52,651 nt of DNA from Gemmatimonadales bacterium (GTDB taxonomy: Bacteria; Gemmatimonadota; Gemmatimonadetes; Gemmatimonadales; GWC2-71-9), in the NCBI GenBank assembly GCA_035761145.1, contig DASTRQ010000171.1, positions 1-52,651 on the forward strand, given 5' to 3'. Position numbers and translations under genes: made by a program. Positions 31,825-40,769 of the stretch are shown piece after piece (positions within the stretch are counted from its first letter, which is position 1; each line of letters opens with the position of its first letter). The notes beneath the pieces were generated by a model, which saw only the letters and a list, made by a program, of their open reading frames with translations, was not told the DNA's origin and ran no database searches.

Positions 31825-32775
31825 TCAGCGCCCCGCGTCGTCGGGGCCGTCCAGCAGGCGCCCCGCGGGGAGGACGCCGTCGCGCAGGTACGCGGTCAGC
31901 ATCCGCAGGTGCCCGGCGGCCATCACCCGGTAATGGAAGTGGCGCATCACGCGGTCCCGGCACGCCTCGGGTTCGGCGCGCGCCGCCGCGTCCGCCGCGG
32001 CCACCAGCTCGTCGAGCGTCTCCCCCAGGCGGCCCACGTCGGGGGTGACGATCTCGGGGAGCGCGCCGCGGCGGGTGCCCAGCACGGGCGTGCCGCTCGC
32101 CAGCGCCTCGATGAGCGTGAGGCCGAAGGGTTCGTCCCAGAGCGCCGGCATCCAGAGGAGCCGCGCGCCGGCGAGGAGCTCGGCCTTGCGCGCCCCGCCC
32201 ACGCTCCCCACGAATCGGAGCCCGCGCCGGAGGCTGGGGCGCCACCCGCCCGCCACGACGAGCCGGCGCCCGCTCCGCCGGCAGCCCTGCACCGCCCAGC
32301 GCCACCCCTTGATGGCGTGGAGCCGGCCGAGGAAGAGATCGTAGCCCTCCTTGACGGCGCGGAAGGTGAGCTCCGCGGGGTCGAGCCCGTTGTGGACGTA
32401 CGCCACCGCGCCGTGGCGGCGCGCGTGGTCGGCCGAGAGGTACACCGTGTTGGGGGGGCGCACCACGCCGGGCCGCGAGTTGCCGTGGAGATGGAACACC
32501 CACGGGAGCCCCGGATCCCGGCGCAGCGGGGCCGAGGCGAGCAGGACGTCGAGCCCGGCGGGGAGGAGGGGGCGGAGGTCGAAGTCGGGGGCCTGCGCGG
32601 CGCGGGGCTCCACCTCGACCACGCGCGCCCACGGCAGGCGCGATCCGCGCCCCGCGACGACGGTCACCGCGTGGCCCAGCTCCGCCAGGCCGCGCGAGAG
32701 CCACGTCACCACGCGCTCGGTGCCCCCGTACTCGGCGGGGGGAAGCTGGCCCCAGTGGTAGAGCGCGATGTGCAT
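31825..32775 (-). CDS. glycosyltransferase family 4
   Basis: YGGTERVV N-terminus and EPFGLTLIEALASGTPVL (the E-x7-E region). Confidence 0.8.
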   Translation of the reverse strand: MHIALYHWGQLPPAEYGGTERVVTWLSRGLAELGHAVTVVAGRGSRLPWARVVEVEPRAAQAPDFDLRPLLPAGLDVLLASAPLRRDPGLPWVFHLHGNSRPGVVRPPNTVYLSADHARRHGAVAYVHNGLDPAELTFRAVKEGYDLFLGRLHAIKGWRWAVQGCRRSGRRLVVAGGWRPSLRRGLRFVGSVGGARKAELLAGARLLWMPALWDEPFGLTLIEALASGTPVLGTRRGALPEIVTPDVGRLGETLDELVAAADAAARAEPEACRDRVMRHFHYRVMAAGHLRMLTAYLRDGVLPAGRLLDGPDDAGR

Positions 32776-32823
32776 CGGGTGGCGCCGGGTTAGTTTTGAC
32801 GGGTCACGAAGGCCAGGGGCCGG

Positions 32824-33684
32824 ATGCCGAAGATCTCAGGGTTCACGATCGTCCGTAACGCGGTGAAGCTGATGTTCCCCCTCGAGGCGAGCATCCGCTC
32901 GCTGCTGACCGTGTGCGACGAGGTGGTCGTCAACGTGGGCCGCTCCGAGGACGAGACGCTCGAGGTGGTGCGGGGGATCGGCGACCCGCGCATCCGGATC
33001 ATCGAGACCGTGTGGGCCACCGACAAGCAGAACTACGTCCTGGGCGACGAGACCCTGCGCGCGATGCGCGCCTGCACCCATCCGTGGGGCATCTACATCC
33101 AGGCCGACGAGGTGCTGCACGAGCGGGGGGCCGAGGAGCTCCGGCGCGTCATCCAGGCGGTGGACGCCGACCCGGTGGTCGAGGGGCTGCTGGTGAAGTA
33201 TCACCACTTCTACGGCGGCTTCGACGTGGTGGCCACCCACCGCCGCTGGTACCGGCGCGAGGTGCGGGCGGTGCGGCTCGACCCCGCGCTCGACATCCGT
33301 CCCTACCAGGGGGCGCAGGGGTTCCGGGTGGGGCCGGAGCACCGGAAGATCCGCGCCCGGCTCACCACCGCCGAGATGTTCCACTACGGGTGGTGCCGCC
33401 CCACCGCCGCGCTCCGCGCCAAGCGCGAGAACGACAAGGTGATGTATCCCTGGCGTCCCCACAGCGACGACATCCCGCTGCTGCGCTGGATCCCCGGGCT
33501 CAAGCCCTTCCCCGGCCAGCATCCCGCGGTGGCGGCGCCGTACGTGGCGCGGTACCGCGACCAGATCCACCCGGTGGGGCCCCGGTTCTGGACCTGGAAG
33601 TTCGCCCGGATCTACGCCTCCGGCTGGGTGGAGAAGCTCACCGGCTGGCGGCCCTTCGAGTTCCGCAACTACCGCATCGTCTAG
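32824..33684 (+). CDS. glycosyltransferase family 2-like protein
   Basis: The N-terminal ISGFTIVRNA...DEVVVNVGRSEDETLEVV pattern fits a GT-A fold. ADE may serve as the DxD-like motif. Confidence 0.6.
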   Translation: MPKISGFTIVRNAVKLMFPLEASIRSLLTVCDEVVVNVGRSEDETLEVVRGIGDPRIRIIETVWATDKQNYVLGDETLRAMRACTHPWGIYIQADEVLHERGAEELRRVIQAVDADPVVEGLLVKYHHFYGGFDVVATHRRWYRREVRAVRLDPALDIRPYQGAQGFRVGPEHRKIRARLTTAEMFHYGWCRPTAALRAKRENDKVMYPWRPHSDDIPLLRWIPGLKPFPGQHPAVAAPYVARYRDQIHPVGPRFWTWKFARIYASGWVEKLTGWRPFEFRNYRIV

Positions 33685-34295
33685 GCCGGCCGCTCCACCG
33701 AGAACACCCACACCGACGCGCTGTGCTGGGGCCAGGGGAGGAGGTTCCGCCACGGCTTCCGGTACAGCCGCTTCAGGGTGACCCGCCCCCACGGCTCGAG
33801 CGCGCGCCGGAGGAGCGGTTCGTCGTACTCGCGCTTGTGGTCGGGGTCCCAGAACCAGCGCCCCACCGGCGTCGTACCGACCAGGCGCCCGCCGGGACGC
33901 ACGTACCGCATCAGCTCGCCCGCGAAGGCGCGGTCGTCGGGGACGTGCTCGATCACCTCGTTGGTGAACACCACGTCGAAGGTCTCCCCCGCCGGCGGGT
34001 CGGTCAGGAACCTGGGCCCCGCGGCGGCGCCCCGGAACCGTTCGGCCTGCGCGATCGCCGCGGGGGCCACGTCGTACCCGGTGGCCTCGGCGCCGGCCCG
34101 CTGCAGCGCGATGGTGAAGACGCCGTCCATGCAGCCCCAGTCGAGCACCCGGCGCCCGCGGACCGGCACGGTGCGGAGCAGGTGGCGGTGCCGCCAGAGG
34201 AGCCGGGCGATGCGCCGCTCGAGGTCCAGCGCGTCGGCGCCATAGCGCGCCACGGTGGCGCGGTACTGCCGGTCGTACTCCGCCCGGTCGGTCAT
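33681..34295 (-). CDS. class I SAM-dependent methyltransferase
   Basis: Motif I VLDWGCMDG and the acidic loop YDV... post-I, followed by FTNEVIEHV. Confidence 0.8.
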   Translation of the reverse strand: MTDRAEYDRQYRATVARYGADALDLERRIARLLWRHRHLLRTVPVRGRRVLDWGCMDGVFTIALQRAGAEATGYDVAPAAIAQAERFRGAAAGPRFLTDPPAGETFDVVFTNEVIEHVPDDRAFAGELMRYVRPGGRLVGTTPVGRWFWDPDHKREYDEPLLRRALEPWGRVTLKRLYRKPWRNLLPWPQHSASVWVFSVERPA

Positions 34296-35275
34296 CCCCC
34301 CTCCGGTGATGGGTATTCGCGCCCCGCGAGGAGGAGCGCCATGCGCGCTGCATAGGTGTGGTGCGCCAGCGCGTGCGCCCGTCCCGCCTCCGCGAGCCGC
34401 GCCCGCTGGTCGGGATCGGCCAGGAGCTCGCGGACGATGGCCACGCACTCCTCGGTGCTCCGGTACCAGCGGCAGTGCGCCCGGTCGCGCGCGAAGGTCT
34501 CGATGCCCGGCACCAGCGGGCCCAGGTAGCATCCCCCGCACCCGAGGATCTTCCACATCCGGTTGCTGGCGGAGGCCTCGTCGTGCGCCTGTTCCGGCAG
34601 CGCGTTGGCGCCGAGCGCGATGGCCGCGCTCGCGACGACGCGGGCGAACTCCCGCCCGTGCACCGGTCCCCCCGCCACCGGGAGGTCCGCCGGCGCGTCC
34701 TGCCACCCGGGGCCCCTGATCTGCAGGCGCGCCACGGCGCCCACGGCGCGCAGCACCTCCCAGCGGTACGGGTAGGGCCCGCTTCCCACGAACGAGACGT
34801 CGCACCGGTATTCCGTGCGCGGCGGCGCGGGGCGGTCGCGTCCGGGATCCATCCCCTGCGGCAGGAACCGCACCCGGCGCACCCCCTCCGCCCGGTACCG
34901 CTCGCGCTGGCCGCGGTAGGTGAGGTAGAACTCGTCCACCAGGCGCGCGAGCTCGAGGGTGCCGGGGTGCGGGGCGGGGTCGAAGAACCAGAACACGCTC
35001 CGCCGCCCGGCGAAGAGCCGCCGGAGTCGCGCCTCGCCGAGCCGCCACGCGTGCCGGGTCACGAGCACCGTGTCCGGCTCGAAGCTCGCGGCGCGCCACT
35101 CGGCGGCGCGCGCGCCGAGCGGCCCGAGGCGGCGGCGCCACCCCACGACGTCCACCAGCCGCACCGCGTGCCCCAGGTCCCGGGCCGCGCGCGCGATGGC
35201 GTCCTCCGTCTTGCGGGCGCCGCCGGCGCCGAGGATCACGAGTCGGCGCGCGGGCGCGGGTCCGGGAGCGTCCAT
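34292..35275 (-). CDS. CgeB-family (Glyco_trans_1_2-like) glycosyltransferase
   Basis: DVSFVGS..., SNRMWKILGCGG..., and an ADPDQRARLAEAGR...HTY tail. Paralogous in pattern to 30829-31821. ATGA overlap with the methyltransferase. Confidence 0.6.
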   Translation of the reverse strand: MDAPGPAPARRLVILGAGGARKTEDAIARAARDLGHAVRLVDVVGWRRRLGPLGARAAEWRAASFEPDTVLVTRHAWRLGEARLRRLFAGRRSVFWFFDPAPHPGTLELARLVDEFYLTYRGQRERYRAEGVRRVRFLPQGMDPGRDRPAPPRTEYRCDVSFVGSGPYPYRWEVLRAVGAVARLQIRGPGWQDAPADLPVAGGPVHGREFARVVASAAIALGANALPEQAHDEASASNRMWKILGCGGCYLGPLVPGIETFARDRAHCRWYRSTEECVAIVRELLADPDQRARLAEAGRAHALAHHTYAARMALLLAGREYPSPEGG

Positions 35276-35295
35276 ACGCCACTAAGTTACCACCC

Positions 35296-36399
35296 ATGTC
35301 GCCGCGACCACTACGCGCCCTGCTGATCACCGCCGCCACCGGCTGGCGGGGGTCTTCCGCCAGCTTCGCCAAGATCGCGCGCGGGCTCCTCGACCGCGGC
35401 CACGGCGTGCGGCTGGTGGCGGGGGGCGCGCCGCTCGCGGAGCGCTTCCGCGCGCTCGGTCTCGACGCCAGCGAGCTCCGCCTCAAGAACACCGGGCTCC
35501 GTGAGGTGCGCGCCCTGCGTGCCATCGTCCGCGCGCAGGGGACCACGGCGGTCCTCGCGGACACCCCGCGCGACCTGCGCGTCTCGCTCCTGGCGGGGTG
35601 GTTCCGCCTCCCGGTGGTGTACCGCTACAACCTCAACTACCGCCGGCCGCGCACCGACCTGGGCGACCGGATCTTCCTGGCCGGGGCGGCGGGCTTCGCC
35701 TACCAGAGCGCCTTCATCGAAGGGGAGGCGGTGCGCCACCAGCCCTTCCTGGCCCGGCGGCGGCATTGGCGGGTGCCCAACGGATACGACCTCGACGGCG
35801 AGCTCGCCCCCCGGCCCGGCGCGGGAGCGGCGCTCCGTGCGCGGCTCGACCTGCCCGCCGACGTCCCGATCGTCCTCACCGGTTCCGCGCTGGCCGAGAA
35901 CAAGGGGCACGACGTGGTCTTCGCGGCGCTCGCGCGGCTGGCCGGCGAGGGGCTGCGGTTCGTCTACGTCCTCCCGGGGCAGGGGAAGCGCGAGGCCGAG
36001 CTCCGCGCCCTGGCGCAGCGCCTGGCGGTGCCGACGCACTTCCTTGGCTTCGTGGAGCCCGCGGCGATGCCCGAGGTGATGGCCGCCGCCGACATCGTGG
36101 CGCACCCCGCCACCACCGAGATCTTCCCCAACGTGGTGGCCGAGGCGATGGCGCTCGAGCGCGCGGTGGTGGCGGCGGATGCCGGCGGGATCCCCGAGGT
36201 GGTGGGGGACGAGGGGGCGGGCGTGCTCGTGCCGGGGACCGACGTGGCGGCGTGGAGCGGCGCGCTCCGGGCCCTCCTGGTGGACCCCGCCCGCCGCGCC
36301 GCGATGGGACAGGCGGCGCGCCGGCGCCTGGCGCGCGAGTTCCCCCTCGCGCGGATGCAGCAGGGTTACGCCGAGCTCCTCACGGAGATCTCCCGATGA
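35296..36399 (+). CDS. glycosyltransferase family 4
   Basis: GW(R)GS N-terminal loop and EIFPNVVAEAMALERAVVAADAGGIPEVV. Confidence 0.8.
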   Translation: MSPRPLRALLITAATGWRGSSASFAKIARGLLDRGHGVRLVAGGAPLAERFRALGLDASELRLKNTGLREVRALRAIVRAQGTTAVLADTPRDLRVSLLAGWFRLPVVYRYNLNYRRPRTDLGDRIFLAGAAGFAYQSAFIEGEAVRHQPFLARRRHWRVPNGYDLDGELAPRPGAGAALRARLDLPADVPIVLTGSALAENKGHDVVFAALARLAGEGLRFVYVLPGQGKREAELRALAQRLAVPTHFLGFVEPAAMPEVMAAADIVAHPATTEIFPNVVAEAMALERAVVAADAGGIPEVVGDEGAGVLVPGTDVAAWSGALRALLVDPARRAAMGQAARRRLAREFPLARMQQGYAELLTEISR

Positions 36400-37595
36400 C
36401 GCTGGCCCCCCACCTCCTCCTGGCCTACGACTTCCCCCCGATCGGCGGCGGCATCGCGCGGTGGATGGGGGAGATGGCGCGCTGGTATCCGGAGCGCTCC
36501 CTCATCGTCTCGACGGGGACGTTGGACGGCGCCGCGGCGGCCGACGCGCGACTCCCGGTGCCGGTGGACCGGGTGGGCGTGCCGGCGCGGCGGCTCCGCA
36601 CCCTGCCGGGGCTGGTGCGCTGGTCGCTGCGCGTGGAGCGGCTCGCGCGGGGCAGGGGCGTGAGCTTCGCGTGGTGCGGCAATTTCCGTCCGGCGGCCTA
36701 CCCCGCGCGCTGGCTCCTGCGCCGCCGCGGCGTGCCGTACGGCGTGGTCCTCCACGGCGGCGACCTCCTCATCCTCGAGACCCAGGCGCGCCGGAGCGTG
36801 CGGAAGCGCGCCGTGGCCCGCCGGCTCCTGGGGGACGCCGCCGTGCTCGTCACCAACAGCGGCTTCACCCGCGAGCTGGCGCTCCGGACCCTGGCGGGGC
36901 TCGACCTTCCCCCCGCCCCCGAGCGCGCCGTCGTGGTGCCCCTCGGCACCGACCCGGCGCGCTTCTCGCCGCGGGTGGATCCGGCGCCGGCGCGCGAGCG
37001 GTTCGGCCTGGGCGACGGGCCGCTCCTCCTCACCGTGGCGCGCCTCACGCCGCACAAGGGGATCGACACGGCGCTCCGCGCGCTGGCGCTCCTCGCGGGG
37101 GAGCATCCCGCCCTGCGCTACGCGGTGGCCGGCGACGGCAACGACGGCCCCCGCCTCCGGGCGCTGGCCGCCGAGCTCGGCGTGGCCGACCGGGTGCACT
37201 GGCTGGGGCCGGTGGGGGACGACGTGCTGCCGTCCCTGTACCGCGCGGCGACGGCGTACCTTGGCCTCTCGCGGCGCGAGGGGGTGGACGTCGAGGGATT
37301 CGGGATCTCCCTCGTGGAGGCGTCGGGGTGCGGCGTTCCGGTGGTGGGGGGGCGGAGCGGGGGGATCCCCGACGCGGTGCGCGACGGCGAGACCGGCTTC
37401 CTGGTGGCGCCGGACGATCCCGCCGCCGCGGCCGAGGCGGTGCGGCTCCTCCTGGCCGACCCGGCGCTGGCCCACCGGCTGGGCGACGGCGGACGGCGCG
37501 CCGTGGAGACGCACTACCACTGGGCCCGGGTGGCGGCCGACCTGCGGCGGCTGGGCGACGCCGCGGCTACGGCGACTCGGGGGAGCGGGCGCTGA
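36396..37595 (+). CDS. glycosyltransferase family 4
   Basis: FPPIGGGIAR N-terminus, PHKGID, EGFGISLVEASGCGVPVVGGRSGGIPDAV. ATGA overlap with the upstream GT4. Confidence 0.85.
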   Translation: MTLAPHLLLAYDFPPIGGGIARWMGEMARWYPERSLIVSTGTLDGAAAADARLPVPVDRVGVPARRLRTLPGLVRWSLRVERLARGRGVSFAWCGNFRPAAYPARWLLRRRGVPYGVVLHGGDLLILETQARRSVRKRAVARRLLGDAAVLVTNSGFTRELALRTLAGLDLPPAPERAVVVPLGTDPARFSPRVDPAPARERFGLGDGPLLLTVARLTPHKGIDTALRALALLAGEHPALRYAVAGDGNDGPRLRALAAELGVADRVHWLGPVGDDVLPSLYRAATAYLGLSRREGVDVEGFGISLVEASGCGVPVVGGRSGGIPDAVRDGETGFLVAPDDPAAAAEAVRLLLADPALAHRLGDGGRRAVETHYHWARVAADLRRLGDAAATATRGSGR

Positions 37596-38667
37596 TGGCC
37601 CAGGTGGGGCAGTGGCGCACGTACTGGCCGTCGAGCGGCGACCAGCGCTGACGGGGGACGAGCACCCGCGCCTTGTCCCCTTCCATCGCGAAGACATCGG
37701 GGGCCCACATCACGCAGGCGCCGCATCCCACGCAGCGGTGCGGGTCCACCGCCACCTCGACGGTGCGCCGGGGGTAGATCCCTTCCGCGCCCGCGGGGAA
37801 GGACGGCGGGATCCGCTCGAAGGCGTCGAGCGTGCTGCGGTACCCCTCCTCGATGAGCTCCCGCGTGTGCGTGAACGAGAACATCGAGATGTGCTCCACG
37901 CGCGGGTGGACGAAGAGGAGCGGCGGGGTGCGCCAGTGCTCCAGCCGCTCGCGGAGCATCGCGTGCATCACCAGCTCGAGCCCGCGCGCGTAGGTGGCGG
38001 CGAACCCCTCGTGCTCGAAGCCGCCGCGCAGGGTGCTCGTGGCCCCCACGTGCACCGCGAGCACCGGCCCCGGCACCAGCGCCGACGCCACCCGGACGGG
38101 AAGGTTCTCGATCACCGCCCCGTCCACGCAGAGCCGGCCGTCGATGTCGCGCGGCGGGAAGAGCCCGGGGAGCGCGCACGAGGCGAAGACCGCGTCGGCC
38201 ACGCGCACGTGGTCGAGCCCCGGCCGGCCCCAGAGCACCTGGGCGCCGGTGTCGAGGTCCACGGTGGCCACCACGAGCGGGCGGTCGAGGTCCCGGAAGG
38301 TCCGGTCCCCCACCAGCGAATGGATGAGCGTGTCGAGCGGCTCGGCGCGGTAGACGGCGGGCGCCGCCATCCGCTTGAGCGCCATGTCGGCGTGGGCGAT
38401 GCGGAAGACGTCCTTCCGCCGCACCGCCATCGCGGCCGCCCGGAGCGATCGCGCGTCATGCCCCGCCGCCCACGCCGCGGCGATGAGCGAGCCCATCGAG
38501 CACCCCACGACGAGGTCGGGGGTCATCCCCATCTCCTCGAGCGCGTGGAAGACCCCGATGTGGGCCATCCCCTTGAGGCCGCCGCCGCCCAGCACCAGCG
38601 AAAAGGGTCCGTCGAAGCGCACCGCTTGTCCACGCGTCAGAGACGGGGGTAACGTACCGACCTCCAT
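37567..38667 (-). CDS. patatin-like phospholipase fused to a C-terminal single-cluster ferredoxin domain
   Basis: Patatin motifs GGGGLKG, GCSMG (GxSxG) and DGAV. C-terminal CVGCGACVMWAPDVF...HCPTWAI matches the CxxCxxC...CP ferredoxin pattern. The first 15 codons are GC3-poor, so GTG 38622 is the likelier start. Confidence 0.75.
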   Translation of the reverse strand: MEVGTLPPSLTRGQAVRFDGPFSLVLGGGGLKGMAHIGVFHALEEMGMTPDLVVGCSMGSLIAAAWAAGHDARSLRAAAMAVRRKDVFRIAHADMALKRMAAPAVYRAEPLDTLIHSLVGDRTFRDLDRPLVVATVDLDTGAQVLWGRPGLDHVRVADAVFASCALPGLFPPRDIDGRLCVDGAVIENLPVRVASALVPGPVLAVHVGATSTLRGGFEHEGFAATYARGLELVMHAMLRERLEHWRTPPLLFVHPRVEHISMFSFTHTRELIEEGYRSTLDAFERIPPSFPAGAEGIYPRRTVEVAVDPHRCVGCGACVMWAPDVFAMEGDKARVLVPRQRWSPLDGQYVRHCPTWAISARSPESP

Positions 38668-39523
38668 GCCTCCCGTGCCACCCTCCCCGCGCCCCGCCGG
38701 CCGCCTGCGCCACGACCCGCTCTTCCGCGTCGGGCTCGCGCTGGTGGTGCTCGTCGTGGCCGCCGGGCTCCTGGCCCCCTGGCTCAGCCCCGCCGACCCG
38801 ATCGCCGGCGACCTCCGCCACGCCTACCTCCTCCCGCCCAGCGCGGCCCACTGGCTCGGCACCGACAGCCAGGGCCGCGACGTGCTGAGCCGCGTGCTCT
38901 ACGGCGCCCGGATCTCGCTCGTGGTGGGGCTCGTCTCCCAGAGCGTGGCGCTGGTGCTCGGCGTGACGCTGGGCCTCGTGGCCGGCTACTACGGCCGCTG
39001 GGTGGACGCGCTCATCATGCGCCTCGCGGACGTCACCCTCGCCTTCCCGACGCTCCTCCTGCTCATCGCCGTGGCGGCCGCGGTGCGGCCCTCGCTCACG
39101 ATCACTTTCGTGCTCATCGGCGTGGTGGGCTGGGCGGGGATGGCGCGCCTGGTGCGCGGGCAGGTGCTCCTCCTGCGCGGCAGCGACTACGTCCAGGCCG
39201 CGCGCGCCCTCGGCGTCCCCGACGCGCGGATCCTCGCGCGCCACCTGCTGCCCAACGTGCGCGCCCAAGTGATCGTCGCCGCCACGCTCGGCATCGCCGG
39301 CGCGATGATGGCCGAGGCCGCGCTCTCCTTCCTGGGGCTCGGCGCCCAGCCGCCCACGCCGAGCTGGGGCGCCATGGTGGCCGACGGCCGCGACCTCCTC
39401 CGCGTCGCGCCGTGGGTGAGCTTCGCCCCCGGCCTCGCCATCGGGCTCGCGGTGCTCGGCTTCAACCTGGTGGGCGACGGCCTGCGGGAGGCGTACGATC
39501 CCAAGCTGGGTGGTGACCGGTGA
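38666..39523 (+). CDS. ABC transporter permease, OppC/DppC family
   Basis: HWLGTDSQGRDVLSRVLYGARISL and the PPTPSWG / FNLVGDGLREAYDPKL motifs are typical of DppC. Confidence 0.85.
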   Translation: MPPVPPSPRPAGRLRHDPLFRVGLALVVLVVAAGLLAPWLSPADPIAGDLRHAYLLPPSAAHWLGTDSQGRDVLSRVLYGARISLVVGLVSQSVALVLGVTLGLVAGYYGRWVDALIMRLADVTLAFPTLLLLIAVAAAVRPSLTITFVLIGVVGWAGMARLVRGQVLLLRGSDYVQAARALGVPDARILARHLLPNVRAQVIVAATLGIAGAMMAEAALSFLGLGAQPPTPSWGAMVADGRDLLRVAPWVSFAPGLAIGLAVLGFNLVGDGLREAYDPKLGGDR

Positions 39524-39598
39524 CCGTCCCCGCGTCACGGGCCGCGGGTCGCGGGTCGTGAGACCCCGTTCACCGCTCACTGCTCACCGCTCACCCTG

Positions 39599-40732
39599 AT
39601 GCCCTACGACATCCACGCCCTGCGCGCCGCCGAGTTCCCCTGGGCCGACCGGCGGATCTACCTCGATCACGCCTCGCTCGGGCCGCTCCCCGCGCGCACC
39701 CTCCGCGCGGTCAACGAGTTCAACACGCGCCGCGCCGTCCCCTTCCAGGTGGCGCCGGAGGATTTCAGCACCATCACCGGGGACGCCCGCGCGGGCGCGG
39801 CACGCCTGGTGAACGCCGCGCCGGACGAGATCGGCCTGGTGCAGACCACCTCGCTCGGCCTCGCGCTCGCCGCGCACGCGCTCCCCTTCCGCGAGGGGGA
39901 CATCATCGTGGTGAGCGACCGGGAGTTCCCGTCCAACGTGTATCCCTGGAAGCTGCTGCGCGACAAGGGAGTGAGCGTGGACATCGTCCCCTGCACGCCG
40001 GAGGGGTGGCCCGACGAGGAGCGCCTGCTCCAGCGGCTCGCCGACCCCCAGGTGCGCGGCGTGGCGCTCTCGGCGGTGCAGTTCGCCACCGGCTACCGCG
40101 CCGACCTGTCGCGCTTCTCGGCCGAGACGCGGCGGCGGCGGAAGTACCTGGTGGTGGACGCCATCCAGGCGGTCGGGGTGCATCCCATCGACGTGCGGGC
40201 GACGCCCGTGGACATCCTGGTCTGCGCGGCGCAGAAATGGCTCCTCGGGCCCTGGGGCGCGGGGTTCCTCTACGCCCGGAAGGACCTCATCCCGGACCTC
40301 GCGCCGGGCGTGGCGAGCTGGCTCGGCTACGCCGAGAGCGACGACCTCACCCGGCTCACGTCGTACAGCGGGGAGTACCGCCCCGATGCCCGGCGCTTCG
40401 AGCTCTCAGGGCACGCGCTGCAGGACCTCGTCGGCTTCACCGCCTCGGCCGGCCTCCTGCTCGAGCTCGGCATCCCCGCCATCGCCGCGCATTTGCGGGC
40501 GCTCCACGCGCCGGTCATCGCCGCGGCGCGCGCCAAGGGGATCCCGGTGGCCACGCCCGAGGACGACCGGCGCGCCGGCACCCTCTCGCTCAGGCCCGCC
40601 GCTCCCGCCCGGCTCCACGCCCGCCTGCGCGAGGGCGGCGTGCATTGCTCGGTGCGCGAGGGAGTGGTGCGGCTCAGCCCGCACTGCTACATCACGGTGG
40701 AGGAGATGGAGCGGGTGGCGGGGATGCTGTAG
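39599..40732 (+). CDS. class V aminotransferase / cysteine-desulfurase-like PLP enzyme
   Basis: IYLDHASLGP, VVDAIQAVG, and AAQKWLLGP (the PLP-lysine context). Confidence 0.8.
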   Translation: MPYDIHALRAAEFPWADRRIYLDHASLGPLPARTLRAVNEFNTRRAVPFQVAPEDFSTITGDARAGAARLVNAAPDEIGLVQTTSLGLALAAHALPFREGDIIVVSDREFPSNVYPWKLLRDKGVSVDIVPCTPEGWPDEERLLQRLADPQVRGVALSAVQFATGYRADLSRFSAETRRRRKYLVVDAIQAVGVHPIDVRATPVDILVCAAQKWLLGPWGAGFLYARKDLIPDLAPGVASWLGYAESDDLTRLTSYSGEYRPDARRFELSGHALQDLVGFTASAGLLLELGIPAIAAHLRALHAPVIAAARAKGIPVATPEDDRRAGTLSLRPAAPARLHARLREGGVHCSVREGVVRLSPHCYITVEEMERVAGML

Positions 40733-40739
40733 CGGGGGC

Positions 40740-40767
40740 GGTGACCGGTGACCGGTGACCGGTCACC
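40740..40767. repeat. (GGTGACC)3 + GGTCACC heptamer array
   Basis: Exact tandem heptamers lie between the convergent aminotransferase and tyrS genes. GGTGACCGGTCACC is a perfect 14-nt palindrome. Confidence 0.95.
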
Positions 40768-40769
40768 CC

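Noticed and set aside
37567-38667. Patatin phospholipase as a CBASS-type effector, and the HNH endonuclease at 46143-46691 as a restriction or defence nuclease.
   Set aside because: No CD-NTase/cyclase, E1/E2/JAB, methyltransferase or other defence partners are adjacent. The HNH protein belongs by N-terminal pattern (R-x-L-x-L-N-A-S-F-E-P-L) to a widespread stand-alone family and sits between argR and a convergent DUF4390 gene.
38665-38690. Second sigma-54-like motif, TGGCACGGGAGGCAT, on the minus strand at the patatin start.
   Set aside because: The GG-to-GC spacing is one base short of the consensus. There is no TTGC. The motif overlaps the start codons of two genes. It is most likely chance.
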